Positions 47,336 to 56,226 of a DNA stretch of 64,000 nucleotides are shown piece by piece. Source of the stretch: Anaerolineales bacterium (lineage in GTDB: Bacteria; Chloroflexota; Anaerolineae; Anaerolineales; Villigracilaceae); the NCBI GenBank assembly GCA_020060625.1, contig JAGUZU010000087.1:8500-72499 (forward strand), written 5' to 3'. The position numbers were made by a program, and so were the translations under genes. The notes under the pieces were generated by a model. It was not told the origin of the DNA. It saw only the letters and a program-made list of their open reading frames with translations, and ran no database searches. Within the stretch, counting starts at the first letter, position 1. Each line of letters begins with the position of its first letter.

Positions 47336-48346
47336 ATGACCAGGAATCAAAACGTTCCAAGTTACACCGGGGATATTGCCGAACAACACATTGACCCATC
47401 CCGCGAGTATTCAGCCGAAAATCAGGAGATTGAATTTTCCCGCGAACAGCACGCCATCTGGGCGGACCTGTTCGCGGGTGTTCATCAGCCGTATCTGTTG
47501 GAGCATATTTGCGATGAGTGGAAGACGGGGGTGGAGTTACTGCGACTCAACCCGAAGGGTATTCCCACCGTAAAGCATTTGATAGACCAGATCACGCCGC
47601 GCACGGGCTGGCATATCGAGCGCACGGTCATCCGTTACACGCTGGCGGATGACTGGTATAAGAAGTTCGCCCAGCGTGTATTTTTGATTACGGACTATTT
47701 GCGCGCGCGCGACCAGATGGAGTTCACGCCGGAACCCGACATGTTCCACGACATCTTCGGGCACCTGCCGTTCCTGACGCAAAAATTCTACGCCGACATC
47801 GAGGACAAGTTCGCTCCCGCCTACATGAAGGCGACGACGGAGGAACGCGAGGTCATCAAACGTTTGGCATGGTACAGCACGGAGTTTGGTCTGTTGGTGC
47901 AGGATAACCGCTTTACCGTTTTTGGCGCGGGGATCATCTCCGGGCGCAAGGAATTGACGCGCACGATCATGGAGTTCTACCGCCTCGGTCGTGACAATGT
48001 GATTGACTACACCCAGCCGATCTTTCCTCAACTCCGGGAGCGTTTCCAGGCAAACAAGACCAACCTGCACCGCATCATTGACGGGGTGAACTCGCTTCAT
48101 CAAAAGGGACAGATGTCCTCCGCCGACGAAGGCTGGAACGTGGTGCTCGGGTTGTACAAGAGTCTGGGTATCGAGCCGAAGGGAATTTTCGGCGGCGAGG
48201 TGATTCTGGTTCCGTTCAATGTCGAGACGATCTCGCGTATCCCGAAGACGGTCTACGCCTTTAACCCGATGCTCTTCGTATGCGAGTCGCTGGAGCAGAT
48301 GGATGCGATCCTCGATTCGTATTTGAAGCCGATTGCAATGCGGTGA
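47336..48346 (+). CDS. phhA: Aromatic amino acid (phenylalanine-4-) hydroxylase-like protein with C-terminal extension
   Basis: Iron-binding motif PDMFHDIFGHLPFL and LAWYSTEFGLL. Pterin genes adjacent. Confidence 0.8.
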   Translation: MTRNQNVPSYTGDIAEQHIDPSREYSAENQEIEFSREQHAIWADLFAGVHQPYLLEHICDEWKTGVELLRLNPKGIPTVKHLIDQITPRTGWHIERTVIRYTLADDWYKKFAQRVFLITDYLRARDQMEFTPEPDMFHDIFGHLPFLTQKFYADIEDKFAPAYMKATTEEREVIKRLAWYSTEFGLLVQDNRFTVFGAGIISGRKELTRTIMEFYRLGRDNVIDYTQPIFPQLRERFQANKTNLHRIIDGVNSLHQKGQMSSADEGWNVVLGLYKSLGIEPKGIFGGEVILVPFNVETISRIPKTVYAFNPMLFVCESLEQMDAILDSYLKPIAMR

Positions 48347-48365
48347 AAGAGTCGGTGGCAAACAC

Positions 48366-48427
48366 AAAGGACATCAGGGACACGAAGGAAAATTTTCTTG
48401 TTAACCTTCGCGCATCTCGTGTCCTTT
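48366..48427. repeat. Hairpin repeat AAAGGACAtcagGGACACGAAGG ... CCTTCGcgcatctCGTGTCCTTT
   Basis: Inverted arms read directly. Variant of the CACAGAG-type family. Confidence 0.6.
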
Positions 48428-48436
48428 ATGTTTTAA

Positions 48437-48590
48437 TTCTCTACCGTACATCCATGTCAAATCATGTCGTTGCGAGCCGCCGCTCTTGGTTTTTGGCGGC
48501 GCGGCAACCTCCCTTTGACTGGAATTCTCCAAATAACAGGAGATTGCTTCGGGGAGATCACCCTCGCAACGACATTTGTACGGTAGAGAA
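48437..48590. repeat. Nested roughly 150-nt hairpin element (outer arms TTCTCTACCGTACA / TGTACGGTAGAGAA enclosing a GTCGTTGCGAG-family element)
   Basis: Outer 14-nt perfect inverted repeat plus inner ATGTCGTTGCGAG ... CTCGCAACGACAT arms. Confidence 0.7.
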
Positions 48591-48774
48591 CAGGATTTTA
48601 GAAACCGTCTGGTCATACAGGAAGGATCGCCCTGTGACAAACAAACCGATCGCTCGGAGGGCGACCCTCCCTTTGCGCAACATTATGCTTTCCGATTTTG
48701 ACGGGTCGCCCCTATTGCGTAAGATGCGTTAATAAAGCAACCGCCGCTTTCACCACCTGACAAGGAGCATTCTC

Positions 48775-50859
48775 ATGGCTGGACCATACCACTTCCAATG
48801 GCAAAACCCCGTTCTGTTGAAAGACATCTATCCGATGCGCATTCCCAAACTGCGCGACTTCCTCCTCTTCTACAAGGAAGCCGACCTGTGGGCGCAGTAC
48901 AAGGACAAGGACATCTCCACCCTCGCGGCGGACGTTGCGGAATACGAAAAAGGGATGGACGACGCCCGCGCCGCCGAATTCAAACAGTATTCCACGCTCA
49001 AAAATTATTTCATGACGAAGGACGTCAAGGGCTTTTTCGTTAAATACAACCCGCAGGAGCCGGAGGCGCTGGCGCTGATCCAAAAGAACCACGACCTCTT
49101 TATCGCCTCCTGGCCCAAGGACATCCGCGGCGAGCGCGGCTTCATTCAAATGCGCGTCGAGTCGTTCAAGACCCAGCTGGGCTTCCTGCGCGACCGCATC
49201 CGCTATTTACAGCGCCAGTTGGAAGGGATGCCGCCCGAACACCCGAACCGTTCCAAAGTGGAAGCCGAGTTCAAACTCAAGAACGAATCCGCCCTGCCGA
49301 TGGTGCTGGAGGAGATGGAAAAACTGCGCCAGTTCGACGAAACCTACGACAAGGTCGGAGAGCCGAAACTGGAATGGTACAAACTCAGCAAGGCAGACCC
49401 GAACTACAAGACCACCGAAGAGGAATTCCTGGTCAACTACGACCCGAAGACACCTGTTACCGTGAAGGACATTGTCCGCCTGAAGGTGGAACAGTACGCC
49501 AAAACGCTCGCAGGCAGGGATCAATATCAACTGCTGGCGGAGATCCGCGCGCGGTTCGAGAAGGAGCCGAAACGCTTCCCGCTCTGGCTGCAATATATGA
49601 TCGTCCATTTTTCGGGGATGCGGTACAAGTCCGCGCACGGCTCGTGGGCAGACCCAAAAGACCTGCTCGCGCGCCTGCGCGTGGATGAGATCAAAAAGGC
49701 GCAAGCCGCGCTCAGCGATGCCGAAGTGACCGCGAAATGCCAGGAAAAGATCGCGCAGTATGACCCGGCATTTACCGGAACCAAACCCAAACTTGCATCC
49801 GCCACAGAGAAAGTATGGACGGATCGAATCGCGCGTCACATGCAGGGCGTCAAAGCAAATGGACCGCAGTCCAAACGGATTGGCTTGGACGGGCTGGTGG
49901 AGGAAGAGGTCAAGTACGAGTACATGTCCATGACGACCGACCAGGCTTTGGCGAAGTTGGAGGCGATGAAAGACAGCCTCCCAGCCTGGGCGTGGAAGAT
50001 GATCGTCATGCTCACGCCGCTGCGGGTCAACCACGTCAAACAGGCAGGCTGGGAAACCTTCACGCCCGAGGAAGATAAAATCCGTTTTGCCGACACAAAG
50101 CTCTACCCCGTCCTCAGCAAATGGGCGGCGGATAACATCGGCAATTGGCGGGCTGAGCATGGGCATACCCAGGAACTGATCGTCACGCGCGCGGTTTGCA
50201 ACGAGACCGCCGAACATGCCCAGCACATCCGCGGGCACCTCCCCCCCGGCGGGCTGACCGACAATGCCGCGCGTTACGTCAAACTCGCCGCCGAAAAATC
50301 GCCCGGCGCATATTTCATCAAACCCGCCAGCGCGGAGCATTACACACAAGGCGCGAGCATCTTCTGGCTGAGGTTCGTCAACAGCCAGCCGAGTCAATGG
50401 CAGATCCCCAAACCGACGCAGGACGCGAACGGCGTGGGCTTGATCCCTGCGGAATATCTCGGCAAACGTCCCCAACCCAAAGGCGGAAAGAACGCCCCGC
50501 CGCCCGTTGTGCCGTGGGAATACAAAGGCGGCGGCATGACCCGCGCCCGCACCACCATGGACGCGAACAAACAGAAATCCACGCAAACCCAGTGGCTGCG
50601 CTGGATCCACGAAGCCACCGTCATCGAAGTGGTGGATACCGCCGACGGCGCGTACGTGTACACCTTCGAAACCTCCCTGCCCGACGACTTCCGCGGCACC
50701 TCCTGCCTCGGCGTTTTCCGCAACACCCTGCGCTGGAATCTCGACGACGGCGCGGAAGATGCGTACAACCGTTCGTTCGTGGGATACGCCCCCGAAGGTC
50801 AAATCCCGCTCGATAACGTCAAGCCGATGATGGATTGGAATCGAATCATTTTGAAATAG
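48775..50859 (+). CDS. Large hypothetical protein (694 aa), no family recognised
   Basis: Long ORF with balanced, protein-like composition, preceded by GGAGCA. The antisense ORF (49207..50916) is Arg/Gly/His-rich shadow-like. Confidence 0.6.
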   Translation: MAGPYHFQWQNPVLLKDIYPMRIPKLRDFLLFYKEADLWAQYKDKDISTLAADVAEYEKGMDDARAAEFKQYSTLKNYFMTKDVKGFFVKYNPQEPEALALIQKNHDLFIASWPKDIRGERGFIQMRVESFKTQLGFLRDRIRYLQRQLEGMPPEHPNRSKVEAEFKLKNESALPMVLEEMEKLRQFDETYDKVGEPKLEWYKLSKADPNYKTTEEEFLVNYDPKTPVTVKDIVRLKVEQYAKTLAGRDQYQLLAEIRARFEKEPKRFPLWLQYMIVHFSGMRYKSAHGSWADPKDLLARLRVDEIKKAQAALSDAEVTAKCQEKIAQYDPAFTGTKPKLASATEKVWTDRIARHMQGVKANGPQSKRIGLDGLVEEEVKYEYMSMTTDQALAKLEAMKDSLPAWAWKMIVMLTPLRVNHVKQAGWETFTPEEDKIRFADTKLYPVLSKWAADNIGNWRAEHGHTQELIVTRAVCNETAEHAQHIRGHLPPGGLTDNAARYVKLAAEKSPGAYFIKPASAEHYTQGASIFWLRFVNSQPSQWQIPKPTQDANGVGLIPAEYLGKRPQPKGGKNAPPPVVPWEYKGGGMTRARTTMDANKQKSTQTQWLRWIHEATVIEVVDTADGAYVYTFETSLPDDFRGTSCLGVFRNTLRWNLDDGAEDAYNRSFVGYAPEGQIPLDNVKPMMDWNRIILK

Positions 50860-50894
50860 GCGAAACGCAAAACGTAAAACGCGAAACGCAAAGC
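50860..50894 (+). repeat. Heptamer array immediately upstream of the TolB-like gene
   Basis: gcgaaac gcaaaac gtaaaac gcgaaac gcaaagc then AA-ATG. Confidence 0.75.
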
Positions 50895-50896
50895 AA

Positions 50897-51955
50897 ATGC
50901 CCTCCCGAGCGCTCACATGGATCGAATCCCTTCTGCTTGCCGGTCTGGGGGTTGGCTTCCTTGCGCTTTGCCTGTTGGTCGGTTACGCCGTCATCGTCGT
51001 TGCCAGCGAACCATTGGAATCACCCACGCCCACACCGGATCCGCCTCCTGCCGCCACCGCCGCTGTTGAGACCTTGATCCTCCCCACCGACCTTGCCACG
51101 CTTCCTCCGACCTTCGACCTGCCCACTCCGACCGAATTTATTCCCACGCCCCAGCCGACCTACAACGACTCCCCGCCGCCTGTTGGAAAAATCGCCTTCA
51201 CCTGCTACGTCCAGCAGATTGACCAGATCTGCCTGCTCAACGCGGACGGCAGCGGGCGCAAACAGTTGACCAGTCTCAAAGCCACCGCGTTCTATCCCTC
51301 CGTTTCACCCGATGGCGAAACCGTCTACTTCTCCTCGCGCGAGGGCGGCAATTTTGAAATCTACTCCATTGACGGCAACGGGGATAATCTGACGAAACTG
51401 ACGAATGCCATCGGCGCGCTCTACGCCCCCGAACTCTCCCCGGACGGCGAGTGGATCGTCTTCACCAAGCACGGAGACGGTCTCTGGAAAATGCGCCCCG
51501 ACGGATCGGGTATCCAACGCATCACGAACAAGGACGACATTGACCCCGCGTGGTCGCCCGACGGTTCGATGATCTCTTTTGCGTCCTCACGGGCGGGCGC
51601 GCGCCAACTCTTCATCATGAACGCGGACGGCTCAAATGTTCAGCAGGTCACTGACCTGACGAACATGGGCGGACGCAACACCTGGTCGCCGGACGGCGCG
51701 AAACTGGCTTTTTATCGAGGTCCGCAGGGCGACCGGAACATCTACGTCATCAACCTGGACGGCACGGGTCTGGTCAAACTCACGAACGGCGGCGACAACC
51801 TCGCCCCGTCCTGGTCGCCCGACGGCAATTGGATCGCGTTCACATCCTTTCGGGACGGGAATAACGAAATCTACATGATGCACCCCGACGGCACCGGCGT
51901 GACCCGCCTGACGAACAGTCCCATTTCGGATTGGCAGCCGAGGTGGGGGAGGTAG
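50897..51955 (+). CDS. Membrane-anchored TolB-like beta-propeller (PD40/WD40-like repeats)
   Basis: N-terminal TM, Pro/Thr linker, then repeated SPDG motifs (VSPDGETVYFSS, LSPDGEWIVFTK, WSPDGSMISFAS, WSPDGAKLAFYR, WSPDGNWIAFTS). Confidence 0.8.
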   Translation: MPSRALTWIESLLLAGLGVGFLALCLLVGYAVIVVASEPLESPTPTPDPPPAATAAVETLILPTDLATLPPTFDLPTPTEFIPTPQPTYNDSPPPVGKIAFTCYVQQIDQICLLNADGSGRKQLTSLKATAFYPSVSPDGETVYFSSREGGNFEIYSIDGNGDNLTKLTNAIGALYAPELSPDGEWIVFTKHGDGLWKMRPDGSGIQRITNKDDIDPAWSPDGSMISFASSRAGARQLFIMNADGSNVQQVTDLTNMGGRNTWSPDGAKLAFYRGPQGDRNIYVINLDGTGLVKLTNGGDNLAPSWSPDGNWIAFTSFRDGNNEIYMMHPDGTGVTRLTNSPISDWQPRWGR

Positions 51956-51958
51956 TCG

Positions 51959-52999
51959 CTACCTCCCAAACTCCACCACGAAATAATCCCCATACGAACC
52001 GTTCGAAAAGTACGCGTATCCCACGCCCATTTCGCCTGACTTGGCGTTCAGAATGGCGTCGCGATGGACTTGATCGTTCATCCACCACGTCATCGCCGCC
52101 TGCGGACCGCCTCCGCCGTAGATGATCTCCTCGGTGAATGCGCCGCCGTATCCCGCCGCCAGCGCGCGCGCGTATGCGGATGAACCGTCCGAGCCGGTGT
52201 GACTGATCATGCTGTTGCACGCCATGTCCGCGGCGTGGGCTTGGGCGGCGTTCGCCAGCAGGGAATTGATCGTCAAGGCGGGCAAGCCAGCCTTGGAACG
52301 CTCCTCGTTGATCTTCGCCGCGATCTGGTTGACGTAGTCCGCGTTCTGGCTGTAATTGCAATTTCCGCCCCCGCCTGTCGAAGCGGATGGCGTGTTGGCA
52401 TTGCCCGCGCTGGTCGGCTGCGGCGAACCGTTCCCAACGGTGATTTTCACCCAAAACGTCCTTTCGGTTCCGATCAGCACGTCCCTGCCGTTCGGGTCGT
52501 TCAGCGTGAAGTAACCGGTGAAAGCGCCATTGATCGTGGGCGCGGTCAGCGGCACGGAGACTTGGACAATGTCCTTCGGAAGCGTATCAGGTATCGGCGC
52601 GGAGAGAGGCGCGTTCATCTGGTCGCCCGCGGCGAACTTGAGCGAGTATCCGATCCATGGGCAGGTTCCCGTGTTTTGGAATTCCCACGTCTTCGTAAAT
52701 TTTTCCCCGGGGTTGACGCGCGTTCCATCTTGAATGGTCACGTCGCGCAGGAGGACGGCGCTGTTGGTGCAGTTCGGCGGGATGGTGACGGACAACGTGG
52801 GCGTGAGCGTGACTTCCGGCGCGCGCGTGATGGTGGGCGGCACGTAGCCGGATTTGGTCGGCGCGAGCGTGGCGGTGACGAAGCCGGAAGGGACGGGCGT
52901 GTCTGCCTCTTCCACCTCCACTGAAATGCAGGAGGAGAAAAGAAGCGCAAGTGTAAAAACGAGTAAGACTTTCCTGAACATGAAACTCCATTTACGCAT
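51959..52999 (-). CDS. Secreted lipoprotein with NBR1-like Ig domain and C-terminal CAP/SCP (YkwD-like) domain
   Basis: Lipobox LFSSC. FTKTWEFQNTGTCPW motif. C-terminal INEERSKAGLPAL...HTGSDGSS...WMNDQVHRDAIL...GVGYA. Confidence 0.7.
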   Translation of the reverse strand: MRKWSFMFRKVLLVFTLALLFSSCISVEVEEADTPVPSGFVTATLAPTKSGYVPPTITRAPEVTLTPTLSVTIPPNCTNSAVLLRDVTIQDGTRVNPGEKFTKTWEFQNTGTCPWIGYSLKFAAGDQMNAPLSAPIPDTLPKDIVQVSVPLTAPTINGAFTGYFTLNDPNGRDVLIGTERTFWVKITVGNGSPQPTSAGNANTPSASTGGGGNCNYSQNADYVNQIAAKINEERSKAGLPALTINSLLANAAQAHAADMACNSMISHTGSDGSSAYARALAAGYGGAFTEEIIYGGGGPQAAMTWWMNDQVHRDAILNAKSGEMGVGYAYFSNGSYGDYFVVEFGR

Positions 53000-53009
53000 T
53001 ACGCGGCTC

Positions 53010-55205
53010 TCAAAACATCATGAGCTGCCCAGCTGCCTTCTCCACCGGGTCGCTGGCGATCTGCTCCTCGAATGTTTCTCGCGTCAAAATCGGGACCTCG
53101 AACAGGCTCCGCAGTAAACGATATTTTACAAGCCTATACTTTTTCAATTGCTCTTTCAGGGACGGGTCGCGCTCCTGTTTGTGCGCCACCAGCGCGGCGC
53201 GTCCGCCTGGAATGACGATGATGGTTTGCGAATCCGCTCCCTCCAACGCGCGGCGGACCAGCGCCGAAACCAGCACGTAAAACCTTCGCGCAGGCTTTCC
53301 ATGTTCAAGCCACGTCAGCGTTTTGTCGTCTTTCGATGAAGCGTAATCGAGCCGTCCCCCGATCTCTTCCAGCAGGTTGAACATATTCGCCATTTCCCCG
53401 CGTCGCGCGGATGCCACGTCTTCTTCGCGCAGCGACCAGTTTGCGCCGTCCTTTCTCGCGTATGAATTCAAAACCGCGTAGATCAAACCTTTGGACGGCG
53501 TCATCAACCCGGCGAATTGATTGTTCAATTCCTCCTCCACTTCGAGGAAGATGGCGGTTCGTTGCTTTTGAAGATAACTTACGATGGCGACCTCCACGCG
53601 GTCGGCTAGGGAATCGTTTTTCGAGACCAACCCCCACATCCCCGTGTCCACGCCTTCGCCCGTCGAATAATGGATGAAACTCTTATCCCTTCTCAATGCG
53701 GATTCGAGCAAGCCGTTCGTTTTGCGCATGGCTTCATCGAACTCATCTTCCATTTGTTTCAACGCATTTGACTCCGCCAGCGCGATCAAGCCCGCCGTGT
53801 GCGGGTGTAAATATCCAACCGGCTCGCCTCGCGCCGCCAAAAAACCGCGCATCGCGTTGCGGACGAGTTCAACATCCGCAGGCGAATTTTCTGTCGGTTG
53901 CGCGCTCCTCCAAACGACCTGCATCGCGTCATGTTCCGTGCGCAGGGCAATGCTTTCCAGTTTGAAACCGGCGGCGTGCGCGGCAGTCAGCGCGGAAGTC
54001 GCAAAGGCAGGCTCCGGCTCGGCGAGTAAACCGAACATTGGCACGTCGTCGGCGAGCAGGTCGTTCAAATGCCTGAACATCGCATTCAACGCGGTCGCAT
54101 TCCAAGCCCAATCATACCGCCTGCGGCGCAGCGCGGCTTTATACGGCTCCACCGCCTCTTTGCCCCACAACCATCCCGCCCACAACGCCGAAAACGTCCA
54201 GAACGCCTGGTTGGGACGCGGTACCGAACCGATGATCGCAGCAATTGGAATCTCGCGTTTGACTTTATGCGCCAGGTCCGACAGGCGCCCTTCATAGATG
54301 CAGATTCCGCCGCTCTCTGGAAGTTTTTTGGGCCACGCCTCACACACGACGGGCGAGCCTGATCCTGCAAACAAACCGACTCCACGCTCCAGCGCCATCC
54401 ACACGTTGTTCTCGCGGAATTGATTTGGCGTGCTTAACTGCTTCGGGCGCGGACGCTCCGCCGGATGCCCCCAAAGCGTGTTGCCCGCGTCGCACGCCAA
54501 CAGGACGAGCGCGGTCAACGCCCGCCTGCGCGCTTCGGATAGTTTCAAACTGTCCAACCGGTTGATGACCGTGCCAAGCGCATACAGCGGGCGCGGTAAA
54601 TAATGTTCAATGGCTTCTTCGGCATAGATGCGGTCTTCGTCCTTCAACGAAACCACGCGCTCGAACAGGCGCGAGCGGTGCAGGGTGTCCGTCGCGGCGA
54701 TTTTCCTGGCGCGTTCCCGGTCTTCATCGGTGGTTGTGCGTTCGCCCGAGTCGCCGCAATGTTTGCATTCGTAGATGCGCGCATAGGGCGTCTCTTCACC
54801 TTTGCGCCAGAGATAGGCTTGCGCATGGATTTGTTTTTCGCATTTTTCGCATGTGGTCAGATACAGGGATTGCAAGTGGACTTCGAGCCGTTCCTCCCCC
54901 TTTTTGACCGCGCCCAGATCCGCGAGCGCGGCGACGAATTCCGACTCGGGCGGCGGGTCGGCGAAGACCTCCAGCAGAAAGCGCGTGACCGGGTTGTTCG
55001 CCGTCACCAGCACGCGGTATCCGCTGCGCGCGGCTTCCAGCGTAAGCTTCGGGGAGAATCCGAATGGGTCGAGCAGCCAGGCGGAGGGTTGGTCGAGGCG
55101 CGCGAGCCAGGCGGAGACGACTCCCTCCTCCAGCGCGGGCAGGAAGCGGGCGAGCGGTCCCGAATCTGCGGGTTTGAATCCTGGAATGTAAGGCTGATGG
55201 TCCAT
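53010..55205 (-). CDS. Large conserved-hypothetical protein (731 aa). Degenerate Zn-ribbon DNA-methylase-like N-terminal region suspected
   Basis: Start taken at MDHQPYIPG (ATG 55205), 1 nt after the upstream GT stop. LLDPFGFSPKLTLEAARSGYRV resembles methylase motif I. CEKCEK...CKHCGD zinc ribbon. No intact (D/N)PPY. Confidence 0.55.
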   Translation of the reverse strand: MDHQPYIPGFKPADSGPLARFLPALEEGVVSAWLARLDQPSAWLLDPFGFSPKLTLEAARSGYRVLVTANNPVTRFLLEVFADPPPESEFVAALADLGAVKKGEERLEVHLQSLYLTTCEKCEKQIHAQAYLWRKGEETPYARIYECKHCGDSGERTTTDEDRERARKIAATDTLHRSRLFERVVSLKDEDRIYAEEAIEHYLPRPLYALGTVINRLDSLKLSEARRRALTALVLLACDAGNTLWGHPAERPRPKQLSTPNQFRENNVWMALERGVGLFAGSGSPVVCEAWPKKLPESGGICIYEGRLSDLAHKVKREIPIAAIIGSVPRPNQAFWTFSALWAGWLWGKEAVEPYKAALRRRRYDWAWNATALNAMFRHLNDLLADDVPMFGLLAEPEPAFATSALTAAHAAGFKLESIALRTEHDAMQVVWRSAQPTENSPADVELVRNAMRGFLAARGEPVGYLHPHTAGLIALAESNALKQMEDEFDEAMRKTNGLLESALRRDKSFIHYSTGEGVDTGMWGLVSKNDSLADRVEVAIVSYLQKQRTAIFLEVEEELNNQFAGLMTPSKGLIYAVLNSYARKDGANWSLREEDVASARRGEMANMFNLLEEIGGRLDYASSKDDKTLTWLEHGKPARRFYVLVSALVRRALEGADSQTIIVIPGGRAALVAHKQERDPSLKEQLKKYRLVKYRLLRSLFEVPILTRETFEEQIASDPVEKAAGQLMMF

Positions 55206-55206
55206 C

Positions 55207-56175
55207 TCATACCAGCGCTTTGCTGATGGCTTTACGCGGGGCGGCGTACAGGTCAATTTCGATGGCGGAAAGCAGGATTTGAATTCCAAGAATGACGGCA
55301 AGCGTCGGCAGGATGACCGTGCCGGTGGGCGCGGCAATACCCAGTTTGGCGTATTGGATCCATTTTGTGACGCCGAAGATGAGACCGAATAAAAGGAGCG
55401 GGACGCCGGTTGCAAAATAAATGGAGATCATCGAAAAATCGAAGATGAAATATTTGAGGACGATGCGCCTCAAAAGCGTGCGCGCGAGTTTGAACGGAAA
55501 TTGGAACAAAACGCGGCGGATGGAAAGACTGGAAGTTTCGTTTCCGTAACGGGCGGGGATGGTCACGTCCATGACGAAGGCATCGAGCAGGTAGAGGTGT
55601 GAGAGCATGGACGTTTCAAAGAAATAGCCCTTGTCTATTTTCTCGAGGGGGATCTGCGCCAGCACATCGGCGCGGATGGCGAAATAGCCGTTGGTCGGGT
55701 CGAAGAGATTCCAGTAGCCGGTGGCGGCTTTGGTAAGGAAACTCAAACCGAGGTTGCCGATGCGGCGGATGACGGGCATCTGTTGCAGGGCGTGAAAATC
55801 GCGGAAGCGGTTGCCCTTTGCGTAATCGGCGCTGCCCTCGATGAGCGGCGTGATGAGCGCGGGGATGCGCGCCGGGTCCATCTGCCCGTCGCCGTCCACT
55901 TTGACGACGATCTGCGCGCCGAGTTCCAGCGCCTTGCGAAAGCCGGTGAGCATCGCGCCGCCCACGCCCTGGTTTTGCTCGTGCCGGATGAGGCGGATGC
56001 GTTTGTCCTTTTTGGCGGAGGCAGTTACGAGGTCCGCGGTAGAGTCGGGCGAAGCGTCATCCACCACGATGATGGCGCGGACATAGGACGGAATTCCGCG
56101 CAAAACGGCTTGGATGTCCCGCTCCACGCGGTAGGCTGGGATGACGACGGCGATTTTGAATCTCGAAAAACGCAT
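55207..56175 (-). CDS. Family 2 glycosyltransferase with C-terminal TM helices
   Basis: VVIPAYRVERDI, VVDDASPDST, VKVDGDGQMDP motifs. Start at MRFSRFK (56175), since the listed 56304 start would overlap the divergent gene. Confidence 0.85.
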   Translation of the reverse strand: MRFSRFKIAVVIPAYRVERDIQAVLRGIPSYVRAIIVVDDASPDSTADLVTASAKKDKRIRLIRHEQNQGVGGAMLTGFRKALELGAQIVVKVDGDGQMDPARIPALITPLIEGSADYAKGNRFRDFHALQQMPVIRRIGNLGLSFLTKAATGYWNLFDPTNGYFAIRADVLAQIPLEKIDKGYFFETSMLSHLYLLDAFVMDVTIPARYGNETSSLSIRRVLFQFPFKLARTLLRRIVLKYFIFDFSMISIYFATGVPLLLFGLIFGVTKWIQYAKLGIAAPTGTVILPTLAVILGIQILLSAIEIDLYAAPRKAISKALV

Positions 56176-56226
56176 GATCAAAATTGTAATCGAAAAGGTG
56201 ATAGAATTCGTGCGAGGATAAAATAA

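Noticed and set aside
49207-50916. 569-aa ORF antisense to the 694-aa hypothetical gene
   Set aside because: Arg/Gly/His/Phe-rich composition and it runs across the next gene's start. The plus-strand ORF has balanced composition and a plausible RBS. Less certain than the other shadow ORFs because neither strand has a recognised domain.
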